Positions 17,785-25,625 are shown, counted from the stretch's first letter. The stretch: 32,000 nucleotides of DNA from Trichodesmium erythraeum IMS101 (GCF_000014265.1 NC_008312.1:4980001-5012000); one strand, 5' to 3'. The notes: generated from the sequence alone by a model not told the origin. Translations and numbers: made by a program.

Positions 17785-18891
17785 TCATATTCCTAAAATA
17801 CGGCTTACTTCTGCTTCTAGTTTACGAACTGTTTTTTCCTGCTCTTTCTTCCGCTCAAGCTTCTTATAGCTAGCTTTGGCATATTCCAAATACTTCAGTG
17901 CATCATCCTTATATCTTATAATTGCATTGGTGATAGCTAATCCCCCCTGGATATTTGCTAAACCTTCCAAATCTGCTTCAGGTTTGGTTAGCTTCAGAGC
18001 TTTTAGGTAGTATAGGCGTGCTAATCTATTTAATCCAATTTTTTGATGAATTTCTCCTAAGAGTTGATAGATGGCTGTAGATTTAATACCATCTTGAATT
18101 GCAGTTTCCAGCGGTTTGATGGCTTCGTTATACAGTTCTTTACTTTGATACAAGCGGGCGATAGCGAGTGCTTGAGCTTCCCGACTCAGTTGCTTCTGCT
18201 TGATTTCTTCAACTGCACCCAATGTCTCTTTGACTTCTTTCTCTGAAAGAATAGTAAATCCAGGAGTTCCCTCAAATGTTGAAGTTTTATTTTTATCCGT
18301 TACCACATTGAACCAGTAACGAACTCCCCGTTTCAAGGGTGGCTTCGCTGTATAAACTAGCTGGTTTTCCCTTGTTTCCTGATTCAAATTCACACCTGGA
18401 CCTACCAGCTCCACGCGATAATTTTTAGCTCCCTCAACCTGGTTCCATCGCAAAGTTAAGGACTGAGTAGGCAACAATTTTGTATTCCTGGGACTGAGAA
18501 TATAGGGAATTTTGGGATCGTTGATAGCCCGGCTATCTGCAGTAACCTTACCTAGCTCCCTCAGTTTGGGGTTACTCACAGGGGGACACCCTTCACTAAC
18601 AATAGATTCTCTGCCATCGGGAACTTTCCATTCCGTCAAATTCTGACACAGTACTTCAGCTTGGGCTCCCTTGGGGAGGAGTAAGCGGTCTTCATTTCTC
18701 AGGGGAGTTCCTATTATTATTGGCTGATATTTTTGCCAATGGGGACGTTTGAGTTTGACCTGCCCTGGTGGACTCAGAATCATCAGAAAGTTAACACCGG
18801 GGATAACAGGACTTACGGGTCTGGCTAAGATACCTACTAAAGTTACCCCGCTTAATAATGGAATTAGAGATTTAAATTGTCCTCGTCGCAT
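17785..18891 (-). CDS. Exported protein with a FecR-like beta domain (tentative), an FN3-like domain and C-terminal TPR repeats
   Basis: 368 aa. N-terminal signal/anchor MRRGQFKSLIPLLSGVTLVGILA. The segment GQVKLKRPHWQKYQPIIIGTPLRNEDRLLLPKGAQAEVLC resembles the FecR sensor pattern. LTLRWNQVEGAKNYRVEL is FN3-like. The C-terminal helical repeats are TPR-like. Its start overlaps the upstream gene by 28 nt. Confidence 0.6.
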   Translation of the reverse strand: MRRGQFKSLIPLLSGVTLVGILARPVSPVIPGVNFLMILSPPGQVKLKRPHWQKYQPIIIGTPLRNEDRLLLPKGAQAEVLCQNLTEWKVPDGRESIVSEGCPPVSNPKLRELGKVTADSRAINDPKIPYILSPRNTKLLPTQSLTLRWNQVEGAKNYRVELVGPGVNLNQETRENQLVYTAKPPLKRGVRYWFNVVTDKNKTSTFEGTPGFTILSEKEVKETLGAVEEIKQKQLSREAQALAIARLYQSKELYNEAIKPLETAIQDGIKSTAIYQLLGEIHQKIGLNRLARLYYLKALKLTKPEADLEGLANIQGGLAITNAIIRYKDDALKYLEYAKASYKKLERKKEQEKTVRKLEAEVSRILGI

Positions 18892-20168
18892 GATTTTCCT
18901 GCCTCCTTTAATTTTTTATGGGCTGAACTGAGCCATTTACTTTCATCTGGGTTGAATACGGAACCTAACTGACAGCATTTCTGCCATTGTTCCACTGCTT
19001 CTGCCTGCTTTTCTGGCTGTCCTTGAAATAATTGTGCCAGCAAACAATGGGCTGAACCTCGAGCTTTAATTTTTTCAATACCCTCTGAAGAATTTCCGAT
19101 CTGAATTGCAGTTTTGAGAAATTTCTCAGCTAGTTGGGTTTGTTCCTGCTTTGAGAAAGCCCATCCTAAATTTTTGTACAAGGTGTATGTGATTGCAATT
19201 GAGGGATTATCTTGATTAGCAAAATTATTGAACCCTTTTAATAGCAGGGGAATAGCTAGGTCAGGTTTATTATCTATTATATGAAGACGAGCCTGATTAT
19301 TTTGGGCTTTGATGAATTTTCCTTTGACAGCAAATTGATACTGAGTTTTGGCTTTGTCGAATTCCTGTAAGTCTTCGTACAGTACTGCTAAATTATAATG
19401 GGCTTCAAAATTATCAGGATCAAGTGCTAATGCCTGTTGATAGATTGATTCGGCTCCGGCAAATTGACCTTGTTGATACTTTTCAAATCCTTTTTTGTTG
19501 TACATATCAGAAAAAGCCGGGAAATTCGCTCGCAAGGCAACTAGAAGCACAAAGAGCATTGCTGTTGAGCCAAATCTCGCTTCTTCATGAAAGTGTTGAG
19601 GAATTCCCAGTCGTTTTAGTAAGCGATTAAATCCTTCTTGCCCTGTCTTAGTCAGTTCACTTCTGGCTTGCAATAGGGTAATTAGGCTAGGGAAGGCAAC
19701 TGCAATTGTTCCTGGGAGTCCTGTTCCAGCTCCAATAAACCGAGGCACAATATCTATGAGTAATCCTAAGTTAGCTGTCCAACCGGCAACGGTGAAGCCG
19801 CGCCACAACCAATCCCAACGATCCCAAAAATGGGGTGGAGCTTCTGTTTCTAATCTCCACCACCAAGCTTTTTCGGGGGGAGAAAAGCTACTACGATATT
19901 GGGAGAGGTTGACTCCTTTGGTTTGAGTAATTCGATGGGCTTGTGCTCTCAACAAATTGTCTAATTTAAGTAGTTTCTGTTGAGTGTTGGTGGAAATAGG
20001 GGTGGACTGATTCCAAACTGCTTGGACAACATCTCTAGCATTTAATACTGCTAATATTTGTTCTGGTTTGGGGGGTTCAGCAGCCTCAAGTTCTCGGAGA
20101 ACTTTTTCATAGCTACTGAGGGTGGTTTCCAAACCAGAACCAATAATTTTGAGTTGTGATGAATCCAT
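18864..20168 (-). CDS. Multi-pass membrane protein with a Trp-rich N-terminal region and a C-terminal TPR domain
   Basis: 434 aa. Helical N-terminus, W-rich motif EKAWWWRLE...HFWDRWDWLWRG, about three hydrophobic segments (FTVAGWTANLGLLIDIV, LPGTIAVAFPSLITLL, STAMLFVLLVALRANF), then TPR repeats (AESIYQQALALDPDNFEAHYNLAVLYEDL...). Confidence 0.65.
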   Translation of the reverse strand: MDSSQLKIIGSGLETTLSSYEKVLRELEAAEPPKPEQILAVLNARDVVQAVWNQSTPISTNTQQKLLKLDNLLRAQAHRITQTKGVNLSQYRSSFSPPEKAWWWRLETEAPPHFWDRWDWLWRGFTVAGWTANLGLLIDIVPRFIGAGTGLPGTIAVAFPSLITLLQARSELTKTGQEGFNRLLKRLGIPQHFHEEARFGSTAMLFVLLVALRANFPAFSDMYNKKGFEKYQQGQFAGAESIYQQALALDPDNFEAHYNLAVLYEDLQEFDKAKTQYQFAVKGKFIKAQNNQARLHIIDNKPDLAIPLLLKGFNNFANQDNPSIAITYTLYKNLGWAFSKQEQTQLAEKFLKTAIQIGNSSEGIEKIKARGSAHCLLAQLFQGQPEKQAEAVEQWQKCCQLGSVFNPDESKWLSSAHKKLKEAGKSCDEDNLNL

Positions 20169-20221
20169 AGAAACATTGGCTTCTGTTTAAGTTATTTTAT
20201 TATATCAGGATTTAGGCAAAA
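20127..20221. repeat. Copy A of a 95-nt direct repeat. It covers the first 14 codons and the 5' leader of the 434-aa gene.
   Basis: By my ungapped count 72 of 95 positions are identical to 21550..21644, including the identical runs ttccaaaccagaa and ttttgagttgtgatgaat. Confidence 0.8.
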
Positions 20222-20436
20222 CCGCCATATCTAGTAGGGGTAAACGGGATTTTCCCTTACTGGATGTAATGCCGGTGGGTAAGTCCTGTTTAGTGTTTTT
20301 TTTACCACAAGTTATTATTGCTGTCAAGTATCAAAACAATACCTAACCTAGAGTGATACAGATACATCAAGCCCGGCAGTTCCGGGTAAAAGTTGGGAAA
20401 ACAGTTCATGGCAATGTGACGGCACCTAAAAATCTA

Positions 20437-20533
20437 GGTTGGGTAGAAGGGCAGTGAAACCCAACAAAGCCTTGTTATGGTGGTTGGGCTACTCTTAGGA
20501 GGTTTTGCTACGTTTACCAGACCTAACCTACAG
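20437..20533. repeat. Dispersed hairpin repeat family, copy b
   Basis: ggttgggtagaagggcagtgaaacccaacaaagccttgtt...ggttgggct..N..gacctaacctacag. It has the stems ggttgggt/acccaac and ttggg/cctaa. Confidence 0.6.
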
Positions 20534-20613
20534 TTATTGCACTATTTTAAAGGATACCAAGTTGGTTCTATCATATTTTTAATAAGTGAAATGCTCTTAA
20601 GGGAAAAAATACT

Positions 20614-21566
20614 ATGGATTTTGTTAGTCCCAAGGTTGATTATGCTTTTAAAAAAATCTTTGGTTCTGAGGAAAGCAAGGAAATTTTAATCGGTTTCCTA
20701 AATGGGATAATTTATGATGGAAAAAAACTATTAAGTTTTTAAGGATTATTAATCTATTTAAGCCTGGTCAAGTAATTAGTTTAAAGGATACTTATTTAGA
20801 TATAAAGGCTGTTTTATTTGATGGTTCGGTTGTGGTTATTCAAATGCTGGTAGCATTGATGATTGCTTTTAGTAAGGGAGTAATGTACGACTTAATCAAG
20901 GGTTATGGCAACCAGTGAAAAATAGAGGATGATTATCCCCTACTACGTCCGGTAATAGGGGTAACAATCACGGATTTTATCTTCTTTAAAGATAAAGATA
21001 AGGTAGATTTTATTAATCCATTTGTGTTTAAACATCAAAAGGAAAATTGGGAATATTCCGATACGGAATTGCGGCTAATTTTTGTGGAGTTACTGAAGTT
21101 TAAGAAAGGTTTGGCAGAGTTAAAAACTTTGGCAGATAAGTGGATTTTCTTTATCAAAGAAGCTCCTCGACTGGATGATATTCCAGAAAGTTTGGGAGTT
21201 GTTAAGGAGATAGAACTGGCTTTAAATATTGCTAATAAAATTAATATGGCACCAGAAGAGTTAGAAATAGTTGAGCGCAGAGCTATAGCATTGCAAGATG
21301 AAAGAGGACAAATAGCTTATGCGGAGCAAGAAGCAGAGGCTAGAGGAGAGGCTAGAGGAGAAATTCAAGGAGGTCTATCTGAAGCGATCGCTTTTGTTAT
21401 GGGTTTGCTAAGAAAAAGATTTAAAGATCTTCCCACTGCAATAAATAACCAAATTGAATATTTGCCTGTTGAAGACCTAGAAAATTTAGGGGAATATTTG
21501 TTAGACTTTAACAGTTTAGAAGATTTGGAAACTTGGTTAAGTGCTCGAATTCCAAACCAGAATTAA
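20614..21566 (+). pseudogene. Degraded Rpn-family recombination-promoting nuclease / PD-(D/E)XK putative transposase gene
   Basis: The N-terminus MDFVSPKVDYAFKKIFGSEESKEILIGFLNGIIYDG is the family signature. The frame shifts inside an A7 run (20721..20727). It continues ...KDTYLDIKAVLFDGSVVVIQM...GYGNQ*KIEDDYPLLRPVIGVTITDF with an in-frame TGA at 20916..20918, and runs into the 180-aa track ORF (21024..21566), whose C-terminal region is E/A/R/G-repeat rich as in this family. The usual EMQ catalytic Glu reads IQM here. Confidence 0.7.
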
Positions 21567-21644
21567 TTGTTTTGAGTTGTGATGAATTGATAGGAGCATC
21601 GGCTTGTTGTTAAAATAACTTTATTTATTAGGACTTATCCAAAA
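21550..21644. repeat. Copy B of the 95-nt direct repeat. It supplies the last 5 codons and the stop of the Rpn pseudogene.
   Basis: See copy A. The ATG of the 434-aa gene is destroyed in this copy: ccat in copy A reads tgat here. Confidence 0.8.
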
Positions 21645-21721
21645 TGTCTATATTGTGTATATTAGGAATAATCAAATTACTTTTTTTGACTTCCCTTCTT
21701 GGGGGAGAGAAAGAGGACCTT

Positions 21722-21752
21722 AAACTTTTGACTTTTGCTTTTTGACTTTTGG
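21722..21752. repeat. T-rich ttttgac-type low-complexity block, the reverse complement of the A-rich block after the CHAT gene
   Basis: aaacttttgacttttgctttttgacttttgg. Its reverse complement ccaaaagtcaaaaagcaaaagtcaaaagttt matches motifs in 24481..24693. Confidence 0.7.
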
Positions 21753-21754
21753 CT

Positions 21755-24514
21755 ATGATGTTTACCAAAATTTTCACCAAAAATTACTTTGTCCAAACTT
21801 GGCTGACAGTTATTCTTGTTATTAACGGGCTAGGAGTATTGGTTATGCGGGCAGGAAGGGCAGATGATTTTGTTCCATCACAACAACTGTCAACATTAGA
21901 AGCAACTGGGGAACTGATAATTAATGGGTCTCTCAATGAAAAAGGTCAACAGGGAAATTATAAGCTAAATTGGCGACAGGCTTCAACTAAAGAAGATTCT
22001 CTAACTTTGGCCACAGAACTTAATGACAAAGCTATTGAACTATATAAACAAGGTAAATATGATGAAGCAGTTCCTTTATTAGAGCAGTCTTTGAAAATTA
22101 GGCTGCAGATCTTGGGTGCTGAACATCCTGATGTTGCCACCAGCCTCAACAATTTGGCAGAACTTTACAGAGTTCAAGGAAGGTATACAGAAGCGGAACC
22201 ATTGTATATACAAGCATTAGAGATGAGAAAGAAGCTCCTGGGTGCTGAACATCCTGATGTTGCCACCAGCCTCAACAATTTGGCAGGACTTTACAGAGTT
22301 CAAGGAAGGTATACAGAAGCGGAACCTTTGTATATACAAGCATTAAATATGAGAAATAAGCTCCTGGGTGCTGAACATCCTGATGTTGCCACCAGCCTCA
22401 ACAATTTGGCAGAAATTTACCGACGTCAAGGAAGGTATATAGAAGCGGAACCTTTGTATATACAAGCATTAGAGATGAGAAAGAAGCTCCTGGGTGCTGA
22501 ACATCCTGATGTTGCCACCAGCCTCAACAATTTGGCAGGACTTTACGAGGATCAAAGAAGGTATACAGAAGCGGAAGCATTGTTGAGACAAGCAGTTTAT
22601 ATACAAGCATTAGAGGTGATCAAGAAGCTCCCGGGAGCTGAACATCCTGATGTGACCAACAGCCGCAACAATTTGGCAAGACTTTACGAAGCTCAAGGAA
22701 AGTATACAGAAGCGGAACCATTGTATATACAAGCATTAGAGATGAGAAAGAAACTCCTGGGTGCTGAACATCCATTAGTTGCCACCAGCCTTGACAATTT
22801 GGCTGTACTTTACTCAGCTCAAGGTGACGTTGCTTCAGCAGTGCAATACCTTAAACGCGTCTTAGAAGTTCAAGAAAAAAACCTAACTTACAACTTAGCC
22901 GCCGGGGCTGAACCTCAAAAAGACAAATATCTCCAAACCATCTCAGGAGCGAAGGCTAGAGCAATCTCTCTCCATCTGCAAACAGCACCAAATAATCCAG
23001 CCGCCGCCGCTTTAGCATTCACCACCATCCTACGCCGCAAAGGTCGCCTCCTCGAATTCTTCACCACCAGCAGACGAATACTCCGACAACAACTTGACCC
23101 TCAAGGACTACAATGGCTAGACGAACTTAATAATATTCATAGTGAACTTTCCACTCTGCTCTATAACCGACCCAAAAATCTTCCTCTAGAAACCTACAAG
23201 GCAAATTTTGCCCTCTTAGAAAAACAGGCAAAAGAACTAGAAGACAAAATTGGTCGTCGCAGTAGCCAGTTTCGGGCAGCCACCCAACCTGTAACCTTAG
23301 AAGCTATTCAGGAGTTGATACCCGCCAACGCTGCCTTAGTAGAATTTGTCCAGTATTATCCTTATGACCCCAAGACAGACAAATTCGGTAAACCACGCTA
23401 TGGGGTTTACGTTCTAAGTAGAGAGGGAGAACCCCAAGGCGTCGACCTGGGAGCAGTTGAAGAATTTAAAAACATCATAAAAGTATTTAGAATTTCTCTA
23501 CGAGACAAAAGCCAAACTCCCCTAAAACAGCTTAAAGATGCAGCCAGAGAACTTGACCAAAAGCTGATGCAGCCTGTACGTCAACTACTGGGGTCACAGA
23601 AACAAATTCTGATTTCTCCTGATAGCAGTCTCAATTTAATTCCTTTTGAAGCATTAGTTGATGAGAATAACCGCTTTCTCGTAGAAAACTATAGCTTCAC
23701 CTACCTAAGCTCAGGACGGGACTTACTCACATTTACCTCCACACCAAGAAACACGTCACCAGCGGTATTGCTAGGATACCCTACATACTCGGAAAAAGAT
23801 CAGGTAACTATTAAGTCTAAGGATAGGTTCGGTGTCTCCGACTTAGGTCTTCCTGGACTACCAGGAACCGAAGAGGAGGTCAAAGCCATTGGTGAGTTGC
23901 TTGGAGTTGAGCCTTTACTACGAGGGGCAGCGACTGAAGAAGCCGTCAAACAAGTTCAAAGTCCTTTCATATTGCATATTGCTACTCATGGTTTATTTGA
24001 AACAATTGAAGATCCTGAGAAATATCCCACGGTAAATAAAGATTCCCTACTACGGTCAAGTTTAGCTCTGGCTGGGGTTAAAGAGGAACAAATAGATGGA
24101 GATAATGGTTTATTGACGGCTTTGGAAGCCGCCGGACTGAATTTGCTAGGCACAGAGCTAGTGGTATTATCGGCCTGTGACACAGGGCTGGGGGGAATAA
24201 GTCCCGGAGAGGGGGTTTATGGACTTAGACGAGCATTCGCGATCGCAGGTTCCCAGAGTCAGGTAATTAGTTTATGGAAAGTTGATGACCAAGGGACGAA
24301 AGACTTAATGGTGAAGTATTATCAACGGTTGTTGGGAGGAGACATGGGACGAACAGAAGCTTTAAGGCAGACTCAACTGGAGATGCTGGGGGGGGAAGCC
24401 GGGGAAAAGTACAGTCATCCTTATTTTTGGGCGAGTTTTATTCCCTCTGGAAATTGGCTGGCGATCCCTCCCAGGGTAGAAAGTAAAAAATCAAAAGTCA
24501 ACAGTCAAAGGTAA
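21755..24514 (+). CDS. Exported or membrane-anchored TPR-CHAT protein (caspase-fold CHAT peptidase domain with N-terminal TPR repeats)
   Basis: The track ORF starts at TTG 21749; ATG at 21755 or 21758 is more likely. Hydrophobic N-terminal segment WLTVILVINGLGVLVM. Six or seven 42-aa TPR units (LGAEHPDVATSLNNLAxLYxxQGRYTEAEPLYIQALEMRKKL). The C-terminal CHAT domain has an intact dyad context: ILHIATHG (His) and LVVLSACDTG (Cys). Confidence 0.85.
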   Translation: MMFTKIFTKNYFVQTWLTVILVINGLGVLVMRAGRADDFVPSQQLSTLEATGELIINGSLNEKGQQGNYKLNWRQASTKEDSLTLATELNDKAIELYKQGKYDEAVPLLEQSLKIRLQILGAEHPDVATSLNNLAELYRVQGRYTEAEPLYIQALEMRKKLLGAEHPDVATSLNNLAGLYRVQGRYTEAEPLYIQALNMRNKLLGAEHPDVATSLNNLAEIYRRQGRYIEAEPLYIQALEMRKKLLGAEHPDVATSLNNLAGLYEDQRRYTEAEALLRQAVYIQALEVIKKLPGAEHPDVTNSRNNLARLYEAQGKYTEAEPLYIQALEMRKKLLGAEHPLVATSLDNLAVLYSAQGDVASAVQYLKRVLEVQEKNLTYNLAAGAEPQKDKYLQTISGAKARAISLHLQTAPNNPAAAALAFTTILRRKGRLLEFFTTSRRILRQQLDPQGLQWLDELNNIHSELSTLLYNRPKNLPLETYKANFALLEKQAKELEDKIGRRSSQFRAATQPVTLEAIQELIPANAALVEFVQYYPYDPKTDKFGKPRYGVYVLSREGEPQGVDLGAVEEFKNIIKVFRISLRDKSQTPLKQLKDAARELDQKLMQPVRQLLGSQKQILISPDSSLNLIPFEALVDENNRFLVENYSFTYLSSGRDLLTFTSTPRNTSPAVLLGYPTYSEKDQVTIKSKDRFGVSDLGLPGLPGTEEEVKAIGELLGVEPLLRGAATEEAVKQVQSPFILHIATHGLFETIEDPEKYPTVNKDSLLRSSLALAGVKEEQIDGDNGLLTALEAAGLNLLGTELVVLSACDTGLGGISPGEGVYGLRRAFAIAGSQSQVISLWKVDDQGTKDLMVKYYQRLLGGDMGRTEALRQTQLEMLGGEAGEKYSHPYFWASFIPSGNWLAIPPRVESKKSKVNSQR
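22115..22885 (+). repeat. Six in-frame 126-nt tandem repeats (TPR units) inside the TPR-CHAT gene. Units 1-4 are near-identical.
   Basis: Unit starts are at 22115, 22241, 22367, 22493, 22634 (after a 15-nt insertion) and 22760. The first 46 nt of units 1-4 are identical. Confidence 0.9.
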
Positions 24515-24693
24515 GAATAGTCAAAAGTTAAAGGTTAAAAATCAAAAGTAAGAGTAGTTAGGATCAGTCAAAAGTTAATAGTTAAAAATCAAAAATAAGA
24601 GAATTCAAAAATCAAATTTCAAAAGTCAAAAATCAAAAGTAAGAGAAGTTAAGAAAAGTCAAAAATTAATAGTTAAAAGTCAAAAGTTAAGAA
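24481..24693. repeat. A-rich low-complexity array of aaaagtc/aaaagtt heptamer-like units with a higher-order period of about 47 nt
   Basis: agtcaaaagttaaaggttaaaaatcaaaagtaagagtagtta is followed by agtcaaaagttaatagttaaaaatcaaaaataagagaattca, and so on. The array begins inside the last 11 codons of the CHAT gene (..KKSKVNSQR*). Confidence 0.85.
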
Positions 24694-24795
24694 GATTTGT
24701 TAAATAAGCGATCGCCGCAGTAAATATAGAATATTCTATTGATAAAAACAGAAAAAAAATTAGTTTCAGTAAAAATTAATCAAAGAAAAATTATC

Positions 24796-25458
24796 ATGTC
24801 TTCATCAGTTCTAAACTACAATTCAGATCTAAGAAACTATCTCTGGTCAGTAGGGATCAGAGAACCAGAAATACTGAAAAAACTCAGGATAGAAACATTA
24901 AAAGACAAAAGTGCCATAATGCAAATATGCCCAGAGCAAGGTGCTTTTATGGCTAATTTAGTTCGTATAATGGGAGCAAATAAAGCAATTGAAGTAGGCA
25001 TATATACTGGTTACAGTTCCTTAGCCGTTGCCTTAGCTCTTCCCGAACAAGGAACCTTAGTAGCTTGCGATGTATCTGAAGAATGGACTGCAGTAGCAAA
25101 GAGGTTCTGGGAAGAGGCGGGAGTCGCACATAAGATTCAGTTGTACTTAGCCCCCGCCAAAGAAACCTTACAAGCAAAAATAGATTCGGGAGAGTCGGGA
25201 ACTTTTGATTTGATGTTTATTGATGCTGATAAAACTAACTATGAAATTTATTATGAGAAAGGACTTCAGCTATTAAGAAAAGGAGGTTTAATTATAATAG
25301 ACAATGTCTTATGGTCTGGAGCAGTTATTAATGATCAAATCAATGATCAAAGCACTGTAGCTTTGAGAAATATCAACAATTTAATTTGTAAAGACGAAAG
25401 AGTAGATATCTCCATGCTTCCTATAGGTGATGGAATAACATTGGCTGTCAAGAGATAA
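24796..25458 (+). CDS. Class I SAM-dependent O-methyltransferase (caffeoyl-CoA O-methyltransferase-like family)
   Basis: SAM-binding motif AIEVGIYTGYSSLAVALAL and metal/acidic motif FDLMFIDADKTNY. The track ORF begins at TTG 24739. ATG at 24796 (MSSSVLNY...) gives the usual family length of about 220 aa. Confidence 0.8.
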   Translation: MSSSVLNYNSDLRNYLWSVGIREPEILKKLRIETLKDKSAIMQICPEQGAFMANLVRIMGANKAIEVGIYTGYSSLAVALALPEQGTLVACDVSEEWTAVAKRFWEEAGVAHKIQLYLAPAKETLQAKIDSGESGTFDLMFIDADKTNYEIYYEKGLQLLRKGGLIIIDNVLWSGAVINDQINDQSTVALRNINNLICKDERVDISMLPIGDGITLAVKR

Positions 25459-25625
25459 ATTATTAAATTCTAGAGTAAATTTAACCTGTTATTAGTTCAT
25501 TGTCATTTGATATTATCACTTCAATTTTTGGTAAACTCGCCATTGGTAAAGTGTATGGAATAACTGCATTTATATAAAAATGTTCCAGTTGATCAGGTTA
25601 AATTTTTCGACTTGATGTTAAATGA

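Noticed and set aside
20477-20689. 70-aa plus-strand track ORF
   Set aside because: It starts inside the hairpin repeat copy and runs out of frame across the true N-terminus of the Rpn-family pseudogene, so it is an artefact.
22115-22885. Diversity-generating retroelement (template/variable repeat) explanation for the near-identical 126-nt repeats
   Set aside because: The differences between units are not adenine-specific (for example g/a, c/a and t/c changes). The repeats are tandem and in-frame within one gene, and no reverse transcriptase gene is in the window.
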